Source: a virus (lineage: Duplodnaviria; Caudoviricetes). From it: 25,345 nucleotides of DNA. The notes under the pieces are model-generated. The model was not told where the DNA came from. It saw only the letters and a list, made by a program, of their open reading frames with translations, and did not search any database. Each line of letters starts with the position of its first letter. Within the stretch, counting starts at the first letter, position 1. Where the stretch lies: the IMG/VR virus record IMGVR_UViG_3300020045_001271, positions 1-25,345 of that record, one strand, 5' to 3'. Shown here piece by piece: positions 9,413 through 18,574 of the stretch. The position numbers were made by a program, and so were the translations under genes.

Positions 9413-10558
9413 TTACATTGAACTTGTTTCGATTTCTAAATCCGTGTCGTTTAAGTAAAGTTGCGTGTCAAAGGTTTTTTTCAACTGATTGAAAGCGTCT
9501 TTTTTAGCTTGTTGGTAACGTGTGTATGCTGAATTTCCATCTGCACTCATTACTTCAAACTTTAGCAAGTCATCTGACATTTGTATTAACTCTTGTCGGT
9601 TGCTTCTATTGTTTGTATTCGATAAGTACATTTGAAAAGCCATATACTCAAACGTTGCTTTTACAAAGTTAGCGAACTCGTTTAGGTTGTTTTCAATGTA
9701 TAGATTTGAATCTAAATATGATGAAATATTAAAACCTAATCCGTTGCCAGTTACCCCATAAAAGTTATAATTTGCCGTTTCTGGCGCATTACCAACTCCA
9801 ATAGTAGGATAACAAACAAAGCCGTCAAATTTCAACGGGTCGTTCCATCCTTGACTACTGAAAACTGTCGTACTATCAAAAGCGAATATAAATCTACCTT
9901 TACCACTAAAACTATAATTCAAATCTTTGAACTCTAAAACCCCGTTGCTTGGTGTAATGGTCAAAGTGTCTTTTAAAACTCCTTGATTAATCACATACAA
10001 ATTAACAGGCGTAGTCCCAGCCTTTGTAAAACAGTTTTGGTTTATGCGGTGTACAACGTAATCACTTCCTTTTGACTCGAAAACCCATCCAGCGTAATCT
10101 CCACTTAATGCAACCTCGTTTTTGAAATACTCATTTTCGTAAATGAACTGATTATTGATTAGTCTTTTAGTCAATTTCAAATCAGTCAATACTTTATCTT
10201 TTACACTAGCTAAAAACGCTTTAATCCTTAAACTTTCTAAATTGGTTTCTAGCCAATAAGTAGTTTCTGTTTCGGGGTCTTTATCTAAATTGCTAGCCTT
10301 AATCGATTGGTATATTTTTGAGTTCTTTGAAACTAAATCGCTTCTTTTACGTGTTATTGAATAAATACCATACGTTGTTGCGTTACTCCATGCAGTAGGC
10401 GTAATTGTAAGCTTTGGCAGGAATGACAAAAGGTTGTCTATATTAACACTTGGATGCACTCCGCTGTTTGCATATACACCACTCACGGGTACAGCAGTTA
10501 CTTCGGTGTCGAAAACAACGTTACTACTACAATCTTCTGTCAATCCTATTACCATCAC
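9413..10558 (-). CDS. Putative head completion / adaptor protein with a CBM5/12-like aromatic module (about 380 aa)
   Basis: Follows the capsid and decoration genes. Contains AWSNATTY...DLVSKNSKIYQS...P...YW. Start is GTG 10558 or ATG 10555. Confidence 0.5.
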   Translation of the reverse strand: MMVIGLTEDCSSNVVFDTEVTAVPVSGVYANSGVHPSVNIDNLLSFLPKLTITPTAWSNATTYGIYSITRKRSDLVSKNSKIYQSIKASNLDKDPETETTYWLETNLESLRIKAFLASVKDKVLTDLKLTKRLINNQFIYENEYFKNEVALSGDYAGWVFESKGSDYVVHRINQNCFTKAGTTPVNLYVINQGVLKDTLTITPSNGVLEFKDLNYSFSGKGRFIFAFDSTTVFSSQGWNDPLKFDGFVCYPTIGVGNAPETANYNFYGVTGNGLGFNISSYLDSNLYIENNLNEFANFVKATFEYMAFQMYLSNTNNRSNRQELIQMSDDLLKFEVMSADGNSAYTRYQQAKKDAFNQLKKTFDTQLYLNDTDLEIETSSM

Positions 10559-10573
10559 TTTTTTATTTAAAAT

Positions 10574-11005
10574 TTACGCCCAAATACCAGTTGAACCAGC
10601 AATATAGTAAGCTCCAGTTCCAGCTACACCAGTTCCAATAATTCTTACTGAATTGCCTTTTGTTGAAGTAGCTTTAGTATTCACTAAATCTGTATCGACT
10701 GTACCAACTCTAGTAACAACACTTGAGGCAAGCGTGATTGTGCCAGCGATACCATCAGCCGCATTTGGCGAAATAGTAATGATGTTGTTTCCAGCCGCAC
10801 CAGAATTAATAAAAGTATAATCAAGTCCAGCTATTGTGGCTGGCAATGTAACTACCAAGGCATCTGTTCCAACTAGAAAAACTTTTCCACTGTCTTCTAC
10901 TGTTAAAGTTCTGTTTGCGGTAATTTCTTCAACTACTACCCCAAAACCTCCAGACGAGAAAGGAACTCTATTTCCGTTAACATCTGTAATATAAAATGTA
11001 CTCAT
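10574..11005 (-). CDS. Putative capsid decoration / head fibre-like protein (143 aa)
   Basis: G/T/A/V-rich, directly downstream of the capsid gene; TLT..DSGKVF...VTLPA...G..YTF pattern seen in phage fibre and decoration domains. Confidence 0.55.
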   Translation of the reverse strand: MSTFYITDVNGNRVPFSSGGFGVVVEEITANRTLTVEDSGKVFLVGTDALVVTLPATIAGLDYTFINSGAAGNNIITISPNAADGIAGTITLASSVVTRVGTVDTDLVNTKATSTKGNSVRIIGTGVAGTGAYYIAGSTGIWA

Positions 11006-11031
11006 TTTGTGTATTTTTTAAAGGTTAATAA

Positions 11032-12102
11032 TTAAGAAGTTGCGCCAACAATTTTAACAATATCGTTTGCTCTTGTAGCAATATCGCTATTGTAACGATA
11101 CACAACATAGAATCTATCCCAAATAGCCATTTCCTCAAAGTGAGTCATAATGGTGTTTGAATCAGCGCCAACCAAAGCACTTGATGTAGTAGCTTCTTTG
11201 TTTGTGTAAATGTTGCAACGGCTTCTAAGGAATGGTAATTCCATGTCGGAAACGCTCCATTTTCTACCAGCGAATTCAGTACCAGCGTAAAAGTCGTAAG
11301 GGAAATTAGAAATCATTCCAATTGCACCATCACGAACTAAGAAACCGCTAAATACATCTGAACCAGCAGAAATCTGACCACTTTCGTACATATTTCCTAA
11401 AGGAAACATTCCAAGAGCATTTTTGTTTTGATCGTTAGCCGTGTTGTATTTCAATTGTTCTGCTTTTTGAACTGATAAACCAGCTCTTGAAGTAACAATA
11501 CGATACTCACCACCTAACTCATTAGCTTCCATTAAAGCTGTTAAGTTAAAGAACATTGTTTCTTTTTGAGCCGCTTTAGATACAGTCAATGTATCGGTAG
11601 AAGTGCTGAAAGAATAAGTTCCATCGCCTTGTGAAACAGCAGTAGTCGATGCAAGTTGTTGTGTTTTTCTAGCTTCTAAAACAGTCAAAAGAATAGTTTC
11701 TTTTGTTTTAGCCATTTCGTAAGCTACGTTCAGCATTACTTGCTCACGCATAAAGTCTGAATCAACTGCGTTGTTTGCGTAAGCTGCCGGATAGTGTCTG
11801 AATCCACTAAATACGTTGTAACATACAAAAGTATATTGGTCAGTAGTTGGTAGATTGTCTGGGATGTAGTTAAAACCAGCGGTTGTACCAACCGAAATAG
11901 TTTGGTCTTTTAAAACTGGTATTTGTAAATCCCGTAAAGATGAAAGTGTACTCATCTGTTCAATTTGTGTAGGAAGGATATAATCAACGCCTGCTGTTGA
12001 ATCAGCGACTAAGTCAACTACTCCTAACTGTGCAAATCGTTTGTCGTTAAGAGCGTTTGAGCCTTGAATATCATTCCAAAGGGTAGCATTAATGTAAGCC
12101 AT
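11032..12102 (-). CDS. Major capsid protein (356 aa)
   Basis: Size, composition and position directly after the scaffold gene. Confidence 0.8.
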   Translation of the reverse strand: MAYINATLWNDIQGSNALNDKRFAQLGVVDLVADSTAGVDYILPTQIEQMSTLSSLRDLQIPVLKDQTISVGTTAGFNYIPDNLPTTDQYTFVCYNVFSGFRHYPAAYANNAVDSDFMREQVMLNVAYEMAKTKETILLTVLEARKTQQLASTTAVSQGDGTYSFSTSTDTLTVSKAAQKETMFFNLTALMEANELGGEYRIVTSRAGLSVQKAEQLKYNTANDQNKNALGMFPLGNMYESGQISAGSDVFSGFLVRDGAIGMISNFPYDFYAGTEFAGRKWSVSDMELPFLRSRCNIYTNKEATTSSALVGADSNTIMTHFEEMAIWDRFYVVYRYNSDIATRANDIVKIVGATS

Positions 12103-12157
12103 TTGTTTTGATTTTTAGTTAATAATAATTTGTTTAAAGTTCAAACGTTCTTTCGTT

Positions 12158-13042
12158 TTATTGTTTTTGCGAATCCTTGATTGCTTTGTGTAATTTAGAA
12201 AACAATTCAGTCGCTTGTTTTGATACTTTGTCAATTCCTTTTGACGCAATATGGTCGTTAATAAGTTTTGATATTTCTTCGCTTGTAGCATTTTCTGGGA
12301 CTGCGAATGGCACGCCGTCAATTGTTTTGTCTTTTGGTTTTGCTCCCGTTCCGTTTTGTTGTCTACCAGCTAATAATTCAGTTATGTTTTTATCAGCGTT
12401 AACCAATTCCAATAACTTCATTCTTTTGTGTTCGTTTTCTTTGCTGATTGCAATTGGCTCATTATCGACAATTTCAATAATCCAATTTTCATTAGTTGAC
12501 TTTACAAACTCATCCCACTTAGCTTTAGCCTCGTAAGCATTCACTTCTTGTGGGAAAGTCGGTTTAACATTGGCATATGCAACGTTAAGCTTCATGCTTA
12601 AATATTCGCTTTGTAACGGCTCATATTTATCGGCTTTTTCTTTAATTAAATCGTAATCAGCTAAAAGCTTTTTAGCGTCGTCTAAAGCTTGTTTTGATTG
12701 CTCTAGTTCTGCTTTAGTAGCTTCATCGCCTTTAAAGTCTTTTAGTTTTTGTGCATATTCCGTTTTAGCTGTTTCTAAATCATTTTTAAGAGTAGAAAGA
12801 TATTCATTTCCTGCTCGAATAATATAATCGCCTCCCTTTTCGCCTTGAGTTCTAGGTATTTTTGTAACCTCTGAAATCTTAGATATTGCACCGTCAATAA
12901 TCTTTTCAGCATTTGTATTGGCTACACCGTCCCAGTCTTTTTTAAGTGTAGCAATATGACCATCGTATAATGGTTTGATTTTTTCGATTGTTTCTGGCGT
13001 TAATCCTAAATCGGTTGCAATCTCTGTTGTGATAAATTCCAT
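12158..13042 (-). CDS. Capsid scaffolding protein (294 aa)
   Basis: Charged coiled-coil protein with a QQNGTGAKP linker before a short C-terminal helical domain, immediately upstream of the capsid gene. Confidence 0.75.
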   Translation of the reverse strand: MEFITTEIATDLGLTPETIEKIKPLYDGHIATLKKDWDGVANTNAEKIIDGAISKISEVTKIPRTQGEKGGDYIIRAGNEYLSTLKNDLETAKTEYAQKLKDFKGDEATKAELEQSKQALDDAKKLLADYDLIKEKADKYEPLQSEYLSMKLNVAYANVKPTFPQEVNAYEAKAKWDEFVKSTNENWIIEIVDNEPIAISKENEHKRMKLLELVNADKNITELLAGRQQNGTGAKPKDKTIDGVPFAVPENATSEEISKLINDHIASKGIDKVSKQATELFSKLHKAIKDSQKQ

Positions 13043-13392
13043 AATCTTTTATGTATTTGTATTGTTGTTTTTAATTTACGTTAAATCTCTTTTTTAATAA
13101 TCCCCAAGCTATTTCACACAACTTAGCTTTATAAATTTGTCCCTCGTAGTTAAATTGTATTTCATCTAGTTGATTAATATGAGCTAAAGTTATTTTTTCA
13201 ACATCGACAAGTAATGGGCGTTCTACAAACAATAATTCTGGCACCTCTAACAATTCCTTTAACTGTCTATGCTTTTCAACTTTCTTCAATTCAGTGTCGT
13301 TGTGCGCTTGAATTTCAGCGTTCTTTTGATTAGCTTGGTTAACATCGTTTGTATTAGTTGGTAATTTTACTATAAACTCCATATTCTTTTAT
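13032..13392. repeat. Imperfect 21-nt direct repeat pair (13032-13052 and 13372-13392)
   Basis: ataaattccataatcttttat versus ataaactccatattcttttat, 19/21 identical; each copy spans a start codon. Confidence 0.8.
13071..13382 (-). CDS. Hypothetical protein (103 aa), possible inserted gene
   Basis: Clean ORF with an A-rich start, bracketed by a 21-nt imperfect direct repeat. Confidence 0.75.
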   Translation of the reverse strand: MEFIVKLPTNTNDVNQANQKNAEIQAHNDTELKKVEKHRQLKELLEVPELLFVERPLLVDVEKITLAHINQLDEIQFNYEGQIYKAKLCEIAWGLLKKRFNVN

Positions 13393-13866
13393 TTAGTTTT
13401 GTTGTGATTTAAGTTCTTCGGTTTTAGCCAATACTTCTTCAAGTGTCCATTTCGGACTTCCTTTTTTACCAGCCAACTTTTCGTATTCGGCTCTAGCTTC
13501 TTTTAGTTCTGGCGAAGTTTCTGTTTTAACTTCGGGTGTTGGATTTGTAACAGCATCCAATCTAGCGGTTAATTCAGCTATTTGCTTTTGCTCTGGTGTT
13601 AACTCTTTAACTGGTTCGCTGTAAATCAGTTTCATTGCCTCATCAATATCGGCTTGCGTTAACTCAATTTTTTCGCCTTTGTGGTCGTACATAGCTACTA
13701 CTTCAACTTTACAAATCCCTAAATTCTTAATATTAGCTAAGTGTTTCGGGTATTGTAAATCTCCATGCGTTAGCGTTAGTTTTTGCTGAACGTTTTTGAT
13801 TTTACCGCTTGCATCGTAATTGATTTCCTTTCCTTTGAAAATCTTTAATTCGATAGTTTGTTTCAT
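13393..13866 (-). CDS. Hypothetical head-module protein (157 aa) with a small C-terminal helical domain
   Basis: C-terminal ELKEARAEYEKLAGKKGSPKWTLEEVLAK resembles short helix-extension-helix modules of phage proteins. Confidence 0.75.
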   Translation of the reverse strand: MKQTIELKIFKGKEINYDASGKIKNVQQKLTLTHGDLQYPKHLANIKNLGICKVEVVAMYDHKGEKIELTQADIDEAMKLIYSEPVKELTPEQKQIAELTARLDAVTNPTPEVKTETSPELKEARAEYEKLAGKKGSPKWTLEEVLAKTEELKSQQN

Positions 13867-13902
13867 TTTTACTTGGTTTAAATTAATTATTCTTTTAATT
13901 AT

Positions 13903-15609
13903 TTATGCTGTTAACTGTTGTTGTGTTTGTTCAATAGGTACTATCATTTCATAAATTAGATTATTAATAATAATTAACCTTTCGCTATTTGTTGCTTGAA
14001 TATTGTCATAAAACTCATTTATATCGCCATATTTAGCCTCAAATAGGTTGATATAGTAAATAAATTGTGTTTGTAATACTTTTACCTCGTTGCTCACCAA
14101 ATTATTGCTTAATGCTTTATCAAAATCAACATCCGAAGCGTACGGCAACAAATCATATAATAACCGTTCTCTTTTCGCTTTTGACGGGTTGAATTTATTT
14201 TTGTTTTGCGAACTTCTTACAAGAACATTTTTTCTCTCGATTGGGTTTGGCGATAATTTAAACAGTTCGAATAATTCTTGTTGTGTTTCTAAAAAGAAAT
14301 CGCTTCCCTCAAATACTTCAACCGAAACATTGTTAATTCCGTGTTGTAATCCTAAAAATTTTAAATCGGAATTATTACGAACCTTTGAAATAGATTGCGC
14401 AACATTTCTTAATCGGTCTTGTCTTGAAATATAACCTTTGCTAATCTGTAATTCGTTTTGAGCGGTTTGGTTTTGCTCTTGAAAATCGCCAACAACAGAT
14501 TTTATAATATCGTTTTTTAATTCTAAAATTCTTTTGTTTAAAAACTCTGATGCTTCAACTGGCAAGTAAAAAAAGTTAAGGAAGTTCTTAACAATATCCA
14601 TATCTAAACCGCCGCCATCTTTTTTAACTTGTGGCACGCTTATAATTGTACCAGCTTGTAAAGGCGAGTTGCTACCTACCATTGTTCCAGCTACCGAAGC
14701 TTGTTGGCTTCCAATACTGTTTGACGACATTGGTTGTGTATCGCTTGCTTTGTCAACATCAGAACCTTGTTTAGTCTTTTCAGTAGTTTTAAGCTTTGTA
14801 ACAACTGGCAACACACCATTAGCGTTAGTCATTCGCTGTAAGGTCTTTAAAAAAACGTATTCCTCTAATTCTGGTTTAACATAAGAAAACATTGATTTTT
14901 TTACAATATCACTTTCACAGTCAAAGTTGTCGTATTCAATATAATCGGCTGGGCAAACACCTAAATCATGCGGTACATTAAGAACGGGAACATAATCGCT
15001 ATTGTAGAAAATATAGTTCTTATCGTCAATGTATAAAAATCCCTCTATTTCTTTGCCGTTTTCGTCGTAAATTTCAGCCTCAAAACCAATCTTTTTTATT
15101 ACATTGTTTTCGCTTTCAATAGATATTACGTCATCTATTTCAAGTAAATAACGAAATGGTTTGTTGGTTTCTTTTAAATCGGTAATGATTATATCGTTGT
15201 ATCTAAACAATAGCGCATCAAACACAATTTCGTTAAATTCATTACTTTTTAACTCTGGAATATTGTCGTAGTTTTTCCCTCTTATGGTGTATTTAGAATA
15301 ACTATCTTCTGCATGAAATACCCTTTTTAATTGCGGTTTAATTTCATCATTTACAAGTTTAGCTGACGGTAAAGGATAGCGTAAATATTTGTAGATTGAA
15401 AGGAAATTATCTGTTTTAAGAATGGTTTTTAACCAATTATGAAAAGCATCGTTTGTTTTGTATTGTCGATTAGCCCAATTAGTTAAATACTCTTGGGTAA
15501 TTTCTTTTTGAATACTTGATTGAATGAAATAGTTTATTTGTTCTTGCTGTTTAGATGCAAGAGCTAAATGAGATGCGTTTTTCTTATCTTTTAAGAATTC
15601 TACTGACAT
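13903..15609 (-). CDS. Portal protein (568 aa)
   Basis: Size and position directly after TerL; PHDLGVCP motif typical of SPP1-like portals. Confidence 0.85.
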   Translation of the reverse strand: MSVEFLKDKKNASHLALASKQQEQINYFIQSSIQKEITQEYLTNWANRQYKTNDAFHNWLKTILKTDNFLSIYKYLRYPLPSAKLVNDEIKPQLKRVFHAEDSYSKYTIRGKNYDNIPELKSNEFNEIVFDALLFRYNDIIITDLKETNKPFRYLLEIDDVISIESENNVIKKIGFEAEIYDENGKEIEGFLYIDDKNYIFYNSDYVPVLNVPHDLGVCPADYIEYDNFDCESDIVKKSMFSYVKPELEEYVFLKTLQRMTNANGVLPVVTKLKTTEKTKQGSDVDKASDTQPMSSNSIGSQQASVAGTMVGSNSPLQAGTIISVPQVKKDGGGLDMDIVKNFLNFFYLPVEASEFLNKRILELKNDIIKSVVGDFQEQNQTAQNELQISKGYISRQDRLRNVAQSISKVRNNSDLKFLGLQHGINNVSVEVFEGSDFFLETQQELFELFKLSPNPIERKNVLVRSSQNKNKFNPSKAKRERLLYDLLPYASDVDFDKALSNNLVSNEVKVLQTQFIYYINLFEAKYGDINEFYDNIQATNSERLIIINNLIYEMIVPIEQTQQQLTA

Positions 15610-15653
15610 TAAGTATTGTCGATGTTTTACGCAGTCTTTTACGTTGGTTGTTG

Positions 15654-15686
15654 CAAATGTAGTAATTTATTGTTATAAGATGCAAA
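15654..15686 (-). promoter_or_regulatory. Bacteroidota-type promoter for the head genes (TTTG-N21-TACATTTG)
   Basis: -7 TACATTTG (15661-15654) and -33 TTTG (15686-15683) in the TerL-portal gap. Confidence 0.75.
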
Positions 15687-15706
15687 TTATTTTTATTTGT
15701 TCTAAA

Positions 15707-17143
15707 TTAATCCCACTCTGATTCTATTTCAAAGTCGTCTTTTAAGTATAAATCATATTCACGTTTAAACACCGTGCAAATTATATAATCAAACAAGTCG
15801 GTAAAGTGTCCTACTTTTTGAAATCTTGCCCCAGTATTCGGGTCTTTTGCTGTTTCTTTTAATTTTGTGCCGTCTGGAGCTTCTTTTAATGTATTGAAGT
15901 CTAGTATCGTTTTGGTGCAGTTATCACCGATTATTATTTCTATTCCGCTTAGATTGCTTTCAAAAATATTATTAATCCAGTTACCACGCATTACAACGCT
16001 TGGATTTGACCGAGATACTCGATTTGATATTCTATATTCTTTTAAATGGTCTTCTATGATGGTGTAGAAGTTTTGTCCTTGCTCTAGTTTAGTATCTCGT
16101 TTGTTCGCTGTGGAATCACCGTACAGAAACATTCCGCTTGCATGGTTTTTATATTTTCTTTTGATTTCATTACAAACAGCTTTAACCGTGTTGTCTGGAG
16201 AAACGCCAGCTATTTCATCAATCATTTTTATTTTAGTTCCTACGACTTGGAATATTCCGCACGGCAAATATGGAACAACGTTATCATCCCAACTAATATG
16301 CAAGGGGAGTGTTTCGTCGTAAAGAACTTTTTTAACGTGAAATTCTGGTTTAAATTTTTTATAAAACTCACCACCAGTTCTTAAACTACCCCAATTACCT
16401 AACGCATAGATTTGATAATAGTTGAAATCATAAGTTTTATCTTTTTCAAAGTCATCGATTGTGTGTTGGTCAACAAAGCCACCTATTTGTTTTCCGTCCT
16501 TCCATTTTCCGACAATAAAATAATTATTAAGATAGTTGACTTTATAAACAACGAAATTTCCTTTTTCGTTAATGTGATGTTCAGAAATATTGGTAGTTAT
16601 TTTTTGAGCAATAAGATTTTCTTTGTCAAACAAATTGGTTTTAAGCCAGTGCGTTTCATCAATTGGATTAAATAATCCTATGATTTGCTGGTTTGCTCGA
16701 CCTCTTAAACGCTTTCTAATTTGCTTTAAATCTACTTCGTCAAATTGCGATATTTCCTCAAGCACAACTCGTTTAAAGTTTGCAAGTCCTTTAATTTTTT
16801 CGCTATCATCTAAACCACGAAATCTAACATAAGACCCAGTAATTAAACATTCAATGTAATTGATTTGACACTTGAAATATTGTTGCAGTCCCCAATCATT
16901 AATAATCTTTACGTAATCGCTATAAATACTGTCTTTTATATCAACACCGTACTTACGTAAAACCATTACGTTTTCGTTTTTAAACTCTAATAGAGCAGTT
17001 ATATCCGATTGAACGTAAGTGTAAGTTTTAGATGCAGAAGACCCTCCGTACAAGAAGATATATCTTATAAGAGGGTTGCTTAAATCTTTTTTTAAGTGCC
17101 AGTAAAGATCGTTGAATAATTCGGGATTAAAATTAAACTTCAT
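15707..17143 (-). CDS. terL: Terminase large subunit, PBSX family (478 aa)
   Basis: Walker A LYGGSSASKT, FRGLDDSEKIKG, Walker B VVLEE, RLRG...FNP, and a C-terminal nuclease region (HISWD, GHFTDLFDY). Confidence 0.95.
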   Translation of the reverse strand: MKFNFNPELFNDLYWHLKKDLSNPLIRYIFLYGGSSASKTYTYVQSDITALLEFKNENVMVLRKYGVDIKDSIYSDYVKIINDWGLQQYFKCQINYIECLITGSYVRFRGLDDSEKIKGLANFKRVVLEEISQFDEVDLKQIRKRLRGRANQQIIGLFNPIDETHWLKTNLFDKENLIAQKITTNISEHHINEKGNFVVYKVNYLNNYFIVGKWKDGKQIGGFVDQHTIDDFEKDKTYDFNYYQIYALGNWGSLRTGGEFYKKFKPEFHVKKVLYDETLPLHISWDDNVVPYLPCGIFQVVGTKIKMIDEIAGVSPDNTVKAVCNEIKRKYKNHASGMFLYGDSTANKRDTKLEQGQNFYTIIEDHLKEYRISNRVSRSNPSVVMRGNWINNIFESNLSGIEIIIGDNCTKTILDFNTLKEAPDGTKLKETAKDPNTGARFQKVGHFTDLFDYIICTVFKREYDLYLKDDFEIESEWD

Positions 17144-17537
17144 CTTTGTTTCCGTAACCTATTTGTATGGTTGTGGGTTGTATTTTTTCTCCATCGGTTG
17201 TGTGGTCGATTTTATCGCCAAACATTTTAGGGTAAAACTTAGATGCAAACCATTTATCTGTTTGCATTACTGTATTGGCTGTTGCGGGATCTATTTCGCC
17301 ATTTAAGCACATTTGTTGTACTTTCTTGATGTTTCTGGTAAGTGATTCAGTTTTGTCTTGTTGAGCGTTTACATACAATGTTTGTAATTCTACATTATCT
17401 CTTTTCCATTTTCTGAAAGTTGACCAAACTGGATATTTATCATTTGACTCTAAAACATCTAAAATATGTTCTCCATCTGCAATAAGTTCACAAATTTCAA
17501 CACACAAATCGTAGTTATATTCTGTTAGTCTTGCCAT
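17133..17537 (-). CDS. terS: Terminase small subunit, Sf6/P22-like (134 aa)
   Basis: Y...LC.EICE.IADGE...P..STF.KW and KWFASK.YPK.FGDKIDH patterns; overlaps the terL start. ATG 17537 preferred because the track start at 17579 lies in the terminator. Confidence 0.9.
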   Translation of the reverse strand: MARLTEYNYDLCVEICELIADGEHILDVLESNDKYPVWSTFRKWKRDNVELQTLYVNAQQDKTESLTRNIKKVQQMCLNGEIDPATANTVMQTDKWFASKFYPKMFGDKIDHTTDGEKIQPTTIQIGYGNKDEV

Positions 17538-17543
17538 ATCCGC

Positions 17544-17551
17544 CAAAGTTA
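17544..17551 (-). promoter_or_regulatory. -7 promoter box TAACTTTG for terS (near-leaderless transcript)
   Basis: Exact TAnnTTTG match 6 nt upstream of the terS ATG; no clear -33 element. Confidence 0.6.
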
Positions 17552-17564
17552 CAAAAACATTTTT

Positions 17565-17596
17565 AAATAAAAAAACCACCTTTTTAGGGGCGGTTT
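17565..17596 (-). terminator. Intrinsic terminator separating the accessory block from packaging genes
   Basis: AAACCGCC-loop-GGTGGTTT running into TTTTATTT on the minus strand. Confidence 0.85.
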
Positions 17597-17690
17597 AAAA
17601 ACATTAGCGCGTTTCATTGGAGAAAGGTCGTCAACCCTTTTCTTAGATGCACTCATCCTTTAAAACTTTCTAGAATGCTAATGCTGTTTT
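17597..17690 (-). ncRNA. Candidate structured RNA (nested stems with a three-way junction)
   Basis: Four nested helices found by eye; their non-Watson-Crick pairs are G-U only on the minus strand. No family recognised. Confidence 0.35.
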
Positions 17691-17695
17691 GTCCA

Positions 17696-18574
17696 TCACC
17701 CAACAACTATTTTATTCTGCTCTCTCAACAATTCAGATGCGGTTATTTTGGTTGGTTGGATAATTGAAGCCCAGATGCCGTCTTTGAATACATCACATAA
17801 TCCCATAGTCATTTTGTTTAAGTTTTGATGATAATAACAATTACTTCCGCTTAATTGAATAACTTTTTCATAATCTTTTGGAATGTCTAAATTACTCCTA
17901 TCAACATAAACCCCCTCTTTCATACCCACCACATTAACAGCGTAATCAGTTAGTCGTTGTTGTACTTCTTGTGGGGTGGCTAAAGTCCATTCTTCTGGAC
18001 GTGATTTAAACGACCAGTCATCGTCATGCTCAAATTCTCCATCATTATTGATTCCGTAGCCCGTAGAACTTCCTTTTTCATTATCAAATTGATAGTAAAC
18101 TAACACATTAGGATAGTTTTTAAGTTTATACCATTTTTCTAATTCTAATTTTCTAAACTTCGGCTTTTCACTTTCCGCTTTTTTCAATTCAAAAATAGTA
18201 TTTACGGTTTCTGCATCAATTGTTGTGGTATTTGCGATTTGTACGCTACCATCGTTTTGTAATGTGATTATTGGTTTCATATTTTCATTGTTAGTGTTAT
18301 ACATCACTTGCTCTTTTGCTAGGCGTTCGATGGTTGAGAGTTTGAAAAGATAGTAACACTCTTTCTTATAACTTTTTCTCTCGCATTTAATGTATGTTTT
18401 ATTTTTGTACACATATTTGCCAAAAGACACGTAATCTTCTTTTTTAAGATGTATTTCTGCGTTTATTTTCTTTCCGTATGGGTGTTTAAATGTTCCATAT
18501 TGTAACCAATTAAATCTTGTTCCTTTCGGAATAACTGGCAATTTAGTTCCTGCAATTGTAAAGTCTGGTTTCAT
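17696..18574 (-). CDS. Hypothetical protein (292 aa), probably two fused ORFs with an internal start at 18280
   Basis: Open frame; the internal MKP start has a leader nearly identical to the first MKP start. Confidence 0.75.
   Translation of the reverse strand: MKPDFTIAGTKLPVIPKGTRFNWLQYGTFKHPYGKKINAEIHLKKEDYVSFGKYVYKNKTYIKCERKSYKKECYYLFKLSTIERLAKEQVMYNTNNENMKPIITLQNDGSVQIANTTTIDAETVNTIFELKKAESEKPKFRKLELEKWYKLKNYPNVLVYYQFDNEKGSSTGYGINNDGEFEHDDDWSFKSRPEEWTLATPQEVQQRLTDYAVNVVGMKEGVYVDRSNLDIPKDYEKVIQLSGSNCYYHQNLNKMTMGLCDVFKDGIWASIIQPTKITASELLREQNKIVVG

Noticed and set aside
11005-11034. Frameshift or read-through fusing the capsid to the decoration protein
   Set aside because: The decoration frame has a TAA five codons upstream of its ATG, and capsid read-through meets a TGA in a different frame.
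12140-12162. Hairpin AAACG/CGTTT between scaffold and capsid genes
   Set aside because: Only 5 weak base pairs and no T-run; not supportable as a terminator.
3728-12321. Short same-strand alternative-frame ORFs 3728-3910 and 12115-12321
   Set aside because: Nested in the tape measure and scaffold genes, with no convincing start context.
17597-17690. Hammerhead ribozyme or tRNA reading of the structured region
   Set aside because: GATGAG and GAAAC are present, but the CUGANGA core and stem III register are not; no T-loop or cloverleaf.
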